The notes under the pieces are model-generated. The model was not told where the DNA came from. It searched no databases and saw only the letters and a list, made by a program, of their open reading frames with translations. Positions 8,359-18,731 of a DNA stretch of 64,000 nt are shown here, one piece after another. A program made the position numbers and the translations under genes. How positions within the stretch are numbered: position 1 is the first letter of the stretch; the number at the start of each line of letters is the position of its first letter. The stretch is from positions 16,486-80,485 of IMG/VR virus record IMGVR_UViG_3300048588_001019. One strand, written 5' to 3'. Origin of the DNA: a virus.

Positions 8359-10674
8359 ATGAAGAGTCTTCTGATATTCCTGATAGCGACCGTGATAACT
8401 TCATGCGGAGTGGACAAAAAGTCCAGTAGCGAAACGAGCGATGGATTGTCGTGCCCATCAGCGATAGTCAGTCCCGCTGTCCCGGCAGCCGCAGGTCAAT
8501 TGGTTTTCACTCTTCCCGAAACTATTGATAGCTGTTCAGTGGAAGGTTATGTCGTTGGCTATGAAGGTACTCTTAAAGTTGAGAGAACTAATGAAGGTTT
8601 TTTTGTTCTAAACAATATTCCCGCAGGCCAGCTCGACATTATTATCACAGGTAACGACGTTGGAGCAGGTTTATGGCTCGACAAGAAGGAAAAAGAGCGT
8701 GGCAAGAGGATCAAGAAAACCAAAATCCTAAATGGTGTTAAAACAGACGGCGGTGAAATCGATCTTCCTAGAATGGGCATAATTGTAGGCAAAGCAGTAC
8801 TTAATGGCCAAACAGATCATGCCGGTATTGATGTTTATGTTCCTGGTACTGAATACACTGCAAAGACAGATACTGAGGGAAAATTCTCGTTCACTGCAGT
8901 TCCAGTAGGTGAACATAACCTTTATTTTGAAAAAGATGGGTATCACCGTGGCCAGATTGAAGGGATTAAAGTTGCAGAGTCGATCGAGACGAAGCTCGAT
9001 GATTTGACATTGGTTTTGTCGACTGGAGCTGAAGGTTTCATTATTATTGAAAACGGTGCAGCTTTAGTGAATTCCAGAACTGTAAACCTCAATATTGGTG
9101 CTACGGAAGATGCTGTGCTGATGAAAATATCTGAATCAAACGTGTTCGAAGGCGTTTCTTGGAAACCAGTGAAAAGCTCCCTGCAATATGTTTTTGATAG
9201 CCAAGGTGAAAAAAAGCTATATGTAAAATTTGCAAATGCCAATGGTCTTGAAAGTTCCCCGTTCACAGATGAAGTAATTGTAGATATTTTTTCGAATGGC
9301 AGCGCGATATTTGCACCATCATATTCAGTGTCGTCTGTTGTTCCTCCCTCTAGTACCTTTACTCTTTCAAATATCGCATTGCCTGGAAATGCAACTGAAA
9401 TGATGGTTTCTACATCATCGACTTTTTCGGGAGCATCATGGGAAACGCCGACAACGAACAAACAGATTGTTTTTCCGGCAAACTATTCCAGTTGTGGCAC
9501 CAAAAAGTTCTACCTGAAATTTAAGGATTCGGATGGTTACGAGAGTCCTACTACAAGCAAAAGTGCTGATTTATTGTGCTGGGAAAGTATGTCATCGTCC
9601 GGTGCGCCAATTGTCAGTAGCGGTATTAATGGAGCGAACGGGTATCAACCCAATCCTTTACCGTGGACGGGTTCTGAGGTTTTGTTGGTTGGTTACAACT
9701 CTGGAATGTTGGGGGGGAATACCATTGGTGCAGGAGCATATAACCCTGAAACTGATACGTGGCGAAGCTTGTCTACAACCGGACACACGGGTACTTTGTT
9801 CGGCTATGTTTCGGTGCTCACTAACACTGGAAAGCTAATAACATGGGGCGGCAGTGATCTTGATGGAACGCCTCTTCATAGCGATGGAGCAATATTTTCC
9901 ATTGGCAGTAATTCTTGGACTCCAATGTCAAATATCAATTCGCCCTCTGCTAGATACAACCTGTCCGGTATTTGGACTGGTGAAACAGGTAATGCTATTA
10001 CAAGCAATCGCCTAATTTTGTGGGGTGGACAATCATATTCTTATCCAACAGATGGCTTCATATATCGAGCTGATAATGATAGTTGGTCGTCAATCAATTC
10101 TACAAATGCTCCTCAAGCAAGGTCATCAGCGAATATTACCTGGGCCAGTAATAACATGATCGTTTGGGGTGGGTATAGCACGTGTCCTGGTTGTCAACCA
10201 ATTAACGATGGGGGTCTGTATGATCCGTCAAATGACACCTGGACAGCGACTGCTATCGGGCCGACAGCAAGATACGGTCATGCATTTGTGAAGACTTCCG
10301 ATGATGAAATATTTGTGTGGGGTGGATTCGCGCCAAATGGCCTCTCAGTTTTTGCCGATGGAATGATCTTTACGCCATCTACAAATTCTTGGAGATCAAT
10401 TTCAAGTACTGGGGCACCTTTGCCAAGAGGTAATGTTGCAGCAGTCGCATTGGACAATGGGAGAGTTTTCGTGTTCGGTGGTCAAGATGCTGCCAGCGGT
10501 TGCTTCAATACGACTGGTGCAATTTATGATTCAAGAGCCAACACATGGACTTCGGTCACCTACGGAGACACAGCACTCGATAGATCGGGGTGTGCGCAGT
10601 ATTACTTATCTTGGACCGGGTCAAAGGTGGTGATTTGGGCATTGGATCGTGGGGTTATTTTTAGTCCTTTTTGA
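8359..10674 (+). CDS. Surface lipoprotein with carboxypeptidase-regulatory-like/Ig-like domains and a Kelch-type beta-propeller
   Basis: Lipobox VITSC; TDTEGKFSFTAVPVGEHNLYFEKDGY; repeated WGG...DG..Y.P...W blades. Confidence 0.85.
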   Translation: MKSLLIFLIATVITSCGVDKKSSSETSDGLSCPSAIVSPAVPAAAGQLVFTLPETIDSCSVEGYVVGYEGTLKVERTNEGFFVLNNIPAGQLDIIITGNDVGAGLWLDKKEKERGKRIKKTKILNGVKTDGGEIDLPRMGIIVGKAVLNGQTDHAGIDVYVPGTEYTAKTDTEGKFSFTAVPVGEHNLYFEKDGYHRGQIEGIKVAESIETKLDDLTLVLSTGAEGFIIIENGAALVNSRTVNLNIGATEDAVLMKISESNVFEGVSWKPVKSSLQYVFDSQGEKKLYVKFANANGLESSPFTDEVIVDIFSNGSAIFAPSYSVSSVVPPSSTFTLSNIALPGNATEMMVSTSSTFSGASWETPTTNKQIVFPANYSSCGTKKFYLKFKDSDGYESPTTSKSADLLCWESMSSSGAPIVSSGINGANGYQPNPLPWTGSEVLLVGYNSGMLGGNTIGAGAYNPETDTWRSLSTTGHTGTLFGYVSVLTNTGKLITWGGSDLDGTPLHSDGAIFSIGSNSWTPMSNINSPSARYNLSGIWTGETGNAITSNRLILWGGQSYSYPTDGFIYRADNDSWSSINSTNAPQARSSANITWASNNMIVWGGYSTCPGCQPINDGGLYDPSNDTWTATAIGPTARYGHAFVKTSDDEIFVWGGFAPNGLSVFADGMIFTPSTNSWRSISSTGAPLPRGNVAAVALDNGRVFVFGGQDAASGCFNTTGAIYDSRANTWTSVTYGDTALDRSGCAQYYLSWTGSKVVIWALDRGVIFSPF

Positions 10675-11015
10675 TACTCAACGGGATTACGTGCGAGCTG
10701 ATAAACTCAGAAAAAATGCGCGAAATCAAATCCATTGTATGCCTTGATAAGAAATGTTGTGTGGGCTTTAGTGATCTGTATGTATTGTCGTATTTTCTAT
10801 CTGATGGTTGAATAGCGTGTATCGCCTTCATATCTGCGACTACAATATATTAATAGAAATATCTAAACTGCACAATAACCGGGCATCGTATGGGTAACAA
10901 CCCTATTTGGGTCCTTCATGGCAGGGGGGCCTCACTAGCTGGCTGATTCCTTTTCTTTGCGGAAGAAAATCAGGGGTATGTTCGGTGGCATTAAGAGGAT
11001 TTGTCGAACCACAGC

Positions 11016-12344
11016 TTAGCCGGCAGAATCAAGATCCCAATGTTCTGCAAGAAAGGCATCTCTGACTTTTTCTCGCTCTCGCTCGTATGCTCTGAACTTT
11101 TCAACATCCTCCAAGACACTGCGCATTCCGTGAGCCCGTATAGAAACGAGCAACGATCTGCCCCAGAACAATATCTGCATAGCAAACCCAATCCCAAAAG
11201 AACCCAAAAGGCAGACGCTTGTGTATTGTTTTAGCCCAAGATTAGGCAAGTTCAATGCAATTATCGAGCCTGCTGTGAAGGCTGCTGTTGAAGCCATGCT
11301 GCCAAGCCAGACAGCCCAAGGGAATCGTTTGTCAGAGTCGACGATCCATGCCGACAAATGAGCATGCGCAAATCCAAGTCCGCGAGTAAGGATATCGTCC
11401 TTGGTTGTCAAATTGAATGCACTTCCACAAAGGGCATAGGAGTATGCTACACCGGGTGCAGAGTTGAATCCCAACGATACACACCTTTCTGCGATCGATG
11501 CTGAAACCATTGAAATTCCGCCGCCAAGGCTATGTCCGACAGTAAGAATAAATTCCGCCGCCTCAGAATCACATTTTTTTAGGATTTCCCTCGTTGCAAC
11601 TTCATAACGATGATGACGCGTTACCAAAGAAGGAAATCTGAAAGCCAATTCATTCCAAAAAAGATGAAATACGTACGTCACGGCTATCATCCAGAGGAGT
11701 ATGAAGAAAGTCTTCTTAAAATCGGAGACTGAATAACTTGAATAGTATAGACCAGTTGCCAGGATAAAACTCGACACCACAAGAAGAGTAGTGCACATCA
11801 AGATCGGGAGGACAGGTATCAAGCGCATAGCATTGGTGAACGAAATCTCGCCCCGGAGCAGCATCAAATTTTGCCTCCAATTTGAAATAGAAGGCACGGT
11901 GCCTCGGACTACCACAATCCTATGTCTGCCCCCATTGGCTTTAAAAACCCACGCTTTCAACTTCTTCTCTGGAATGTAGCATCGCGAAAAACTTTCGGGA
12001 ATTTTTTCAATCAGTTCCTTATCGAGTTCATCATAGTATACGGCATCAGACAGCAATGCACAGCGTTCAACGACATCCAGATTCTCTCGTTTGAATTTGT
12101 TGACAATCCATCTCAACTCTTCTCTTCGCTCTGCAAAGGAGAGTTTAGTTAAACGCTCTTGTTGTGGTTTCTCCGTTCTCAAAGCGTTTCTACTAAGCAC
12201 TTCCTCGATTGTTCGGAAATGCCCGACTATGTCGTCGGCTATGTACGGCATGTTCTCTCCAGGCGAGAAATTGAATGTAAGAGATAATTGTAAGCCACCT
12301 AGCCAAAGTCGGTAGTAAAGATTTTCGGTTTTCAAACTCTGCAT
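11016..12344 (-). CDS. Class 3 lipase-like alpha/beta hydrolase with transmembrane insertions (probable start 12251)
   Basis: VVVRGT oxyanion motif, GHSLGGG nucleophile elbow, FNSAPG, DD and a C-terminal His (AHGM); two pairs of hydrophobic helices. Confidence 0.8.
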   Translation of the reverse strand: MQSLKTENLYYRLWLGGLQLSLTFNFSPGENMPYIADDIVGHFRTIEEVLSRNALRTEKPQQERLTKLSFAERREELRWIVNKFKRENLDVVERCALLSDAVYYDELDKELIEKIPESFSRCYIPEKKLKAWVFKANGGRHRIVVVRGTVPSISNWRQNLMLLRGEISFTNAMRLIPVLPILMCTTLLVVSSFILATGLYYSSYSVSDFKKTFFILLWMIAVTYVFHLFWNELAFRFPSLVTRHHRYEVATREILKKCDSEAAEFILTVGHSLGGGISMVSASIAERCVSLGFNSAPGVAYSYALCGSAFNLTTKDDILTRGLGFAHAHLSAWIVDSDKRFPWAVWLGSMASTAAFTAGSIIALNLPNLGLKQYTSVCLLGSFGIGFAMQILFWGRSLLVSIRAHGMRSVLEDVEKFRAYEREREKVRDAFLAEHWDLDSAG

Positions 12345-12699
12345 TCATATAATTAACCATACCCCAGTATATTGGCTTTCCAGGCACCTGCATTCTTACA
12401 GACCAGAGGATTGTGATGGGATGAAGTTTTCGAGTTGATGAGCGTTTGATCACCACGTGTGCGACAACTACTGAACCAAGACTCAACTCCGATAGGATCC
12501 CTTAGCTCAGACGGCACCGGATGACAGCTGCGGCCCGACAGTCTAAATGGGTAGCAAAAAATGCGGGTCTTAACACACTGATTCTATGAATAAAAAAAAC
12601 TTCTCTGTGACGGTAGTCGGGTGGATTTAGTGAGGGCGCTTTTCCTAAGTGTTCTGTGAATCCTAGTGAATGTGGGCTTCAGGATAGTTTGTTGAGAAG

Positions 12700-13000
12700 G
12701 CCTTTTGGGATGAGCATCGTGGTGCATATCCCCCTGACAACACGAATCCGAGCAAGACTCATTTTGTTAAGCAGCAGGCAGGGTTATGGCGGTAAAGGAT
12801 TCTTAACCTGCGAAAGGATGTCGGAGCCACGCCTCAAGCTTCCACAGGTTGTCTTCATCACGGGTTTGTTGATTGCGACTGACCATCGCAATGTGGACAA
12901 GGTCCTGTTGCTCCCCAGATTGCCAGTGATAGCTTCCCGCAGTCGGGGCACGCTGCATCGAATTGCATTTGTTCGAGGAGCGATGTTACTTGCTTTTCAT
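12700..13000. repeat. Scaffold repeat R1 copy B
   Basis: Diverged direct repeat of 7700-7980; contains motif copy 2 at 12792-12807. Confidence 0.85.
12792..12807 (+). repeat. 16-bp motif copy 2 (GTAAAGGATTCTTAAC)
   Basis: Followed by second box gcctcaagcttcc. Confidence 0.9.
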
Positions 13001-13055
13001 GGTCGATCATCATTTTATTTCCTTTGAAAGGGTTATCGTTGACCCATTCAATCAA
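12858..13055 (-). CDS. Small zinc-finger protein, copy B
   Basis: CPDCGKLSLAIWGATGPCPHCDG. Confidence 0.7.
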   Translation of the reverse strand: MIEWVNDNPFKGNKMMIDHEKQVTSLLEQMQFDAACPDCGKLSLAIWGATGPCPHCDGQSQSTNP

Positions 13056-13159
13056 TCATTTTCCGCCTCGGTCTTCCACGGAGATGAACTGGCAATAAAA
13101 TGTCTCTTGCTAAGTGACTTTCAACAAAACCCACTCTGCCTTTGAGTGTGGAATGCAGC

Positions 13160-13310
13160 CTGGCCGTAAAGAAATCTTAACCGTGCATTAGGGCCATCGA
13201 GGCGATGCTTCAAGCTTCCGCATGGCCTTGCCTCTACCGCCTATATCATGGGTTTGCAGTTTGTGATTGACCATCACAATATGGGCAATGGCCTGTGGAT
13301 CCCCAGGCAT
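13160..13310. repeat. Scaffold repeat R1 copy C (motif copy 3 at 13166-13181 + 3' half of Zn-finger gene)
   Basis: GTAAAGAAATCTTAAC...gcttcaagcttccgc; minus strand reads AWGSTGHCPYCDGQSQTANP*, with the N-terminal half missing. Confidence 0.85.
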
Positions 13311-13485
13311 GTTGGCCTTACTGCTAAGTTGATAGGGATTGACCGAGGTGCTTACTTCAGATCGGGGCAACTCAATCAGGCATGGAGGACGACGTTGCAA
13401 GAAAACTATATTAGATAAGGGATATGGTAGCGATAAATCGCTAGTCCAAAATTCCGATCTATTATAGCGTAATCTCGCTTTTTCC

Positions 13486-13812
13486 TTAGATTTCCGACGG
13501 ATTGTTTCCAGGATAGTTGGGATTGACTCGCATAAGCCCTTCCGCATCCACATAAACCATGTTCCTGTCTTCCATCGAGCTGATTGCGCTACGCAAATTG
13601 GAGATTGCTTTGTCTTCCTTCATAACTTGCAGAATATAATTCATAAATATTACCTCCTCTTCTATGCTCATAGCTTCAATAATGTCACGCTTGTAATAAG
13701 GTGAAGGATAATAGTCAGTATAACTGCCCTGGATAGAGTCGGACATCTTGCGCTTAAATTGTTCTTTGAAAAGTTTGCACTTATGACTATAAGAAGCATT
13801 TCCTCTATTCAT
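13486..13812 (-). CDS. Hypothetical protein, possible winged-helix C-terminus
   Basis: 108 aa; third gene of a co-oriented low-GC trio; ends ...SMEDRNMVYVDAEGLMRVNP. Confidence 0.55.
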   Translation of the reverse strand: MNRGNASYSHKCKLFKEQFKRKMSDSIQGSYTDYYPSPYYKRDIIEAMSIEEEVIFMNYILQVMKEDKAISNLRSAISSMEDRNMVYVDAEGLMRVNPNYPGNNPSEI

Positions 13813-13846
13813 ATTTTTGCCTCACAATTCGGATTGATTTTTAGTG

Positions 13847-15127
13847 CTATTCTCTCGAATGTCTAGCATATTCCCAATCCAGAGTTGTCTCGCCTTTTGA
13901 CCACCAGAATGTTCTGAAAGCACGTTCAGTAAGGTTCTTAATTGTTGCGCTCCTGCTGCTTTGAATATTGTCGAGCTCTCTGTAGTAAGATTCCAACTGA
14001 AAAACATCCTCGCCTGCCTTGATTAGGTCTATTATCTTTCTAATTGACTTTGTTATGAGTTGGTTGTCGCCTTTTTTTTCCACATAGCTTCCTAGAGATG
14101 CCATCATAGGAATCAAAAACGTACTGGTGCTGTTTGGCAGGATGTTCATGTACTTTGGTTCTTCAGTGTCTTCATAGAATCGATGAATGACCGGGTGAAG
14201 CTCATTTGTAATCATGGCGACTGCTTTGCAAACTTCGTCAAGCTTCTCGTCGACTATATCCTCTTCTTCCTTTATGCTCCAAAATAAAGAATCCGTCGAA
14301 GTGCTCTTAGAAAGCATATGATTTCTTTCCAAGAACGCTTGAATAGCCATAATAAGCTCAGCACCTACAAATTGATTTCTCTTCGATCCTGTATGCGAGT
14401 CTTTCAAGAAAGTTGCACCATGGCTCTTCTCGAGGTTCTGAAGTATGTTATGCTGCATTATTTCAAGTTGGTGGTTGAGAGACATGCGCTTTTGCGCGGT
14501 GTTGAAAATTATCATATATTTCAATAAATCTTTGATTTCTAGGTTATAATATACTTCCAATCTGATGTGCGCATTCAATACACGGTCTAAGACGCCTTTG
14601 TCCAAATGGGGCTGAAACTCTTCGAACTCAACGGGTTTCAAAATACCTTGCTCAATTATCTTTTCTTTGTGAATAGCAAGATAGAAAGCTATCAAAAAGC
14701 ACGCATATCTTTGCAAACCGTCAATGATGGATACTTTGTAATCACCACGTGCAAAAGCCTGAATATCAAATTTAGATAGCTTAGCGGAATCCTTGAGAAC
14801 GGCTACTCGTAATTCTGGTATTAGATGTCCATCGAGAATTGAGATTACAAGCTTTTTGTAGATCTTATCCGTCAAATGGTTTTGGAGCTTGCGTTGAAAG
14901 AAATTTTCCTTCAAGCTGGCAATTGGAATGAGTGCATGTAGATAAGTATGAACATGGGTTACAATGGCCCCAGTTCTTATATCCCTGAGATTTCTGTCTG
15001 TGCTGATCTCCCAAAAATCAACTGTATTCCGCGATCTCTTGGACGGCGAAGGTACGTTCTGGGTAGTTTGCTCAATCAACGAAAATAATGCTCTTTGCTT
15101 TTCATCAGATGTAAGATTTTTTTTCAT
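13847..15127 (-). CDS. ParB/Srx-like (DUF262/DndB-related) DGxQR-motif protein
   Basis: FFQRKL...IPEL...IIDGLQR...IFNTAQK motif order typical of ParB-like NTPase domains. Confidence 0.7.
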   Translation of the reverse strand: MKKNLTSDEKQRALFSLIEQTTQNVPSPSKRSRNTVDFWEISTDRNLRDIRTGAIVTHVHTYLHALIPIASLKENFFQRKLQNHLTDKIYKKLVISILDGHLIPELRVAVLKDSAKLSKFDIQAFARGDYKVSIIDGLQRYACFLIAFYLAIHKEKIIEQGILKPVEFEEFQPHLDKGVLDRVLNAHIRLEVYYNLEIKDLLKYMIIFNTAQKRMSLNHQLEIMQHNILQNLEKSHGATFLKDSHTGSKRNQFVGAELIMAIQAFLERNHMLSKSTSTDSLFWSIKEEEDIVDEKLDEVCKAVAMITNELHPVIHRFYEDTEEPKYMNILPNSTSTFLIPMMASLGSYVEKKGDNQLITKSIRKIIDLIKAGEDVFQLESYYRELDNIQSSRSATIKNLTERAFRTFWWSKGETTLDWEYARHSRE

Positions 15128-15138
15128 TGCTAAACCTT

Positions 15139-15540
15139 TTAAAGAAATTTCCTGTTATTAAATTCCTCTACTAACGAGCCGATGATATCGAGGCTTTTCC
15201 GGATAGCATTAATATCAATACCGCCTGCGCTAACAAAATACTGGTTCTTGATCCATTTTACAGGAGTCCGTTGATATCCATCCACAATGCAATACCACGG
15301 AGCATTTATTAGACGAGCATACAATTGGGGTTGAAATATCGACGATGATCGATTTATTTTTAGTTCTACTACAGCGGCTGTAACTATTTTGCGTCCTATA
15401 AGTGCTTCTATTTCAAGATCGGGAAATAGATATCCAGAGCAATAACGAATTCTGTGACCCTTGACTAGCCACATGTTCAGGCAATTAGGAATTGTTATGC
15501 TATTTAACAAAGCCTCGCAGTAGTCTACCTCTCGCATCAA
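15139..15540 (-). CDS. Standalone HsdR N-terminal-like PD-(D/E)xK nuclease
   Basis: PD...VVELK...QPQLYA...WYCIVDG matches the type I REase N-domain pattern (ExK, QxxxY). Confidence 0.6.
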   Translation of the reverse strand: MMREVDYCEALLNSITIPNCLNMWLVKGHRIRYCSGYLFPDLEIEALIGRKIVTAAVVELKINRSSSIFQPQLYARLINAPWYCIVDGYQRTPVKWIKNQYFVSAGGIDINAIRKSLDIIGSLVEEFNNRKFL

Positions 15541-16164
15541 AACATCTCCATGAAAACCCTAGCTGGCAATAGATATGAGGTTTAACTAATGCTGTCAATG
15601 ATAAGTTGTGCTATGTAAATTGATAGCATGAAGTTTTCTAATAGCCAGCCAGAGGTCCAATTATCAAGGGTTTCATGAACCTGGTTAGGATCATAAAAAC
15701 GTCTTTTGATATTCGGTAGATAGAAAATAGTTGCGCGAGATATGCAGGTGACTGCCTCTTGAGTTACAGCCATGGACGAAAATCACAAGGAGTTCGGAGG
15801 CAGCGGCAGTATTCCTGGTCGAGTTAAACGTTGCGGAACAACAGCCGGAATATCAAGTCCTGAGGCTATAAGGAGATGGCCAAGAAGAAGCCAACTTCGA
15901 CTCAGGGAACTTTCCCTAATTCGAAGGTGGCAGATTTCAAGAACAGCTAGAAATCCTCGAGATGCTAATGACTTCCACGGTCAAGGGTGCAGAAGTGCAT
16001 CGAAAGCCCTGGGCCATTACCTCACGAGCCATGCGTTTGCATGGTATTGCGAGGTATGGCTTTGGTCAAGCAACAGGGTGGAGGTCCATGTGCGGCTGAT
16101 TGGCGTTAGGCGTAGGAATCAAAACGCCAAGTAGAAAATCACTAGCAAATGCCCTTGTGTCGAT

Positions 16165-16330
16165 TCTTGCCTCAATATCGTCGTGTCTTCAGGGTCCTCG
16201 TCGTGCATTGTCAAAGCCAAGGAGGACCTTATGGAAGACACGAAGACCCAACAGCCCCCCAGAAAAGAAGCAATTGCAACCTCTCCAGGTAATTCACTGT
16301 ACCGATGCTTACGCCTGCCTGCGGTTCTGA
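16165..16330 (+). repeat. Scaffold repeat R2 copy A (small MEDTKTQ gene, frameshifted)
   Basis: ccaaggaggaccttatggaagacac.aagacccaac and upstream sequence shared with 34865-35084. Confidence 0.8.
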
Positions 16331-16661
16331 TCGATGACGGCCTTATGAGCTGACGTTTTTGTTTTGGAAGAACGTAGAACATGGACGCTTAACGGCGAAA
16401 TCGAATAAGAGCAGGAGAGCATTGTTGGTTAGAAGTCGAAATAGATTCCAGCTCTCCAACTCGCACACAGAAGAAGCCTTTCGCCGAAAAGAGGAGTTAT
16501 CTGAAATCTTGATCTGATAAAGGAGTGCTTGTTAGAAGCAACTTTACTATTCCGAAATAATTGTCTTGATTAGTCGTAATCAGACGAAAACATTAATAGT
16601 AGGAGAGGTTTGTGACTTGTATTAAAGATACTATTTTAGCTCGTTGATCTAGTTCCGATAG

Positions 16662-18731
16662 TTGCACTGCGTTAAAAATATCCAAGGAATTGCCATGCAC
16701 AACGATCTTCGAACTTCCTTAACCCGTAGCGCCATTGAGAAAGCATTGAGCTACATCGATGGTGGTGGAACGTCTCGATTAGACCGGACAAGTGATTATG
16801 TGCTGCAGTCGCGACATAATTCATACCAGCTTACCCAAGTCATAGGCATTGCTTCGAAATGGGCCATAGGAGAATACCTTCAGGATGAGGATTTGCCAGA
16901 AGACCTAGATAAATGGTGTGTTAGCACGTTACGCATGCTGGGCTATTCGATTAGGAAGACCTCAGGAACAGATAATCAAAAAATATGGATAGAAAATGTA
17001 TTGGATTGCCACGAGCAACTATCCCCGTTCTGGAGAATAGGGGAGCGGCTCATTGCCCCAATTAATCTCGAATCCAATTCAGCTAACCTTATTAAGAATA
17101 TAAAATCCGGAGACCTTGTATTGCATTGCCAAGGTGGAGAATTTGTCGGGCTTTCTGAAGTTGCGCTAGAGTGCCTGCCTGTTATTTGCTCAGCGCCACA
17201 AAAAGGCCAATGGAAAGGATGTCGAGCATTTTTCGAGGTTACTTTGAGGGATTTTCGAAGGTTTTCAAAGCCAGTTCCAAATCCAGGTGGTGAAGCGAAT
17301 GATTATATATGCGTGAGTAGCTTAGATGCCTTAGATCATGTTTCGAGTGCTGCATGGTCACGTGAATCGGATGAGATCAGTGATTCAATGAACGTGTGGT
17401 TGGTTTCGATAGGAAGAAATAGAAAAGCGTGGCATGAATTTTCGGAGAAGTCCATCGTCGCGTTAGCAGCAGATCATCTTGGAGACCTTAGTCACTACCC
17501 CAGTGCTTCGAGTATAGAGGAATCCCTTGTGGCAGAGGGTATCTGTGACAGTCGTGACTTGAAAAAGCTCACAGATGCTTACTTCAGTTTTCGTTCAGGG
17601 ATGGTTGTCGGTTCGTGGATCGCTCTAAGGACGGGTGGCAATGAAATTGTGGGCCTAGGCAGGGTTACGTCGGACTACTTTTTCGATTCGACTGAACGTA
17701 GGCATGTACGTTCGGTTGAGTGGCTATCGTCAGAAAAAAGAGTAATACCCAACTTTGAGTTAAGCGAAGATGATTCTGTACAGAAAGTTGAACTAAATAG
17801 GTACCTGCATCCTGGCATTAGGAATGTTCTTAATGCAAGTGGATTGGAGTTTAGTCCAAACATTGTTACAAAGAGTCAGTGCATTTCGAATATCTTCATT
17901 CCTAAGGGGTCTTTTGATGAAATAGTTGCGTCGTTGGAAATGAAGAAAAACATCATTCTTCAAGGGCCTCCAGGAGTCGGGAAGACCTTTGTTGCAAGAG
18001 TGATCGCAAATTGTCTGATGGGTGTAGATGATAATGGAAAAGTTGAATTGGTCCAGTTTCACCAATCTTATGCTTACGAAGATTTCATTCAAGGATGGAA
18101 GCCCAACAAAAATGGTGGATTTGAAATTAGGAACGGAATTTTTTATGAATTCTGCAATAGGGCGAGGTTGCAGCCGAAGAAGCGGCATGTCTTCATAATT
18201 GACGAGATTAATCGAGGGAACCTTAGTAGGATTTTTGGAGAATTGTTACTTCTCATCGAGGCAGATAAGCGTGGCTATAAGCATGCGATACCTCTAACTT
18301 ATGCGCCATCGGAAGTCTTCTGCGTACCTCCCAATGTTTTCATAATTGGATTGATGAATACCGCAGATAAATCTGTATCATCATTTGACTACGCTTTAAG
18401 AAGGCGGTTTACGTTTTTTACAGTAGACCCCTGTTTCAGCTCACCTGAAGGAGCTGAAAAATTTAAGAGCTACCTCATATCTAAGAATGTGACGGAAACA
18501 TGCGTCGAAAAAATTATTCGAGTCATGACAGATCTCAATCAACATATTGCTAGTAAAAAGTACGCGAAGAGACTTGGGAAAGGTTTTCAGATAGGGCACA
18601 GCTACTTTTGTCCTTCGGATGATCGTAGCAAGGACGACACTTGGTTTGAGCAAATATGGCAGCATGAAATCATCCCAATTCTGCAGGACTATGGTATCGA
18701 TGATGACGAAATTAAGAAAGTAGCTGGATGA
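16662..18731 (+). CDS. mcrB: McrB-family AAA+ GTPase with multi-domain N-terminal DNA-recognition region
   Basis: GPPGVGKT Walker A, QFHQSYAYEDF, IDEINRGNLSRIFGE, MNTADKS, ALRRRF, IGHSYF; N-terminus has two EVE/PUA-like segments (IKSGDLVL...; GLGRVTSDY). Confidence 0.93.
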   Translation: MHCVKNIQGIAMHNDLRTSLTRSAIEKALSYIDGGGTSRLDRTSDYVLQSRHNSYQLTQVIGIASKWAIGEYLQDEDLPEDLDKWCVSTLRMLGYSIRKTSGTDNQKIWIENVLDCHEQLSPFWRIGERLIAPINLESNSANLIKNIKSGDLVLHCQGGEFVGLSEVALECLPVICSAPQKGQWKGCRAFFEVTLRDFRRFSKPVPNPGGEANDYICVSSLDALDHVSSAAWSRESDEISDSMNVWLVSIGRNRKAWHEFSEKSIVALAADHLGDLSHYPSASSIEESLVAEGICDSRDLKKLTDAYFSFRSGMVVGSWIALRTGGNEIVGLGRVTSDYFFDSTERRHVRSVEWLSSEKRVIPNFELSEDDSVQKVELNRYLHPGIRNVLNASGLEFSPNIVTKSQCISNIFIPKGSFDEIVASLEMKKNIILQGPPGVGKTFVARVIANCLMGVDDNGKVELVQFHQSYAYEDFIQGWKPNKNGGFEIRNGIFYEFCNRARLQPKKRHVFIIDEINRGNLSRIFGELLLLIEADKRGYKHAIPLTYAPSEVFCVPPNVFIIGLMNTADKSVSSFDYALRRRFTFFTVDPCFSSPEGAEKFKSYLISKNVTETCVEKIIRVMTDLNQHIASKKYAKRLGKGFQIGHSYFCPSDDRSKDDTWFEQIWQHEIIPILQDYGIDDDEIKKVAG

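Noticed and set aside
12496-12570. tRNA-like start GATCCCTTAGCTCAGACGG
   Set aside because: No D-stem partner (GAGC), T-loop (GTTCRA) or acceptor-stem complement follows.
15772-16134. 120-aa ORF
   Set aside because: Non-protein-like composition; probably degenerate sequence that I could not assign.
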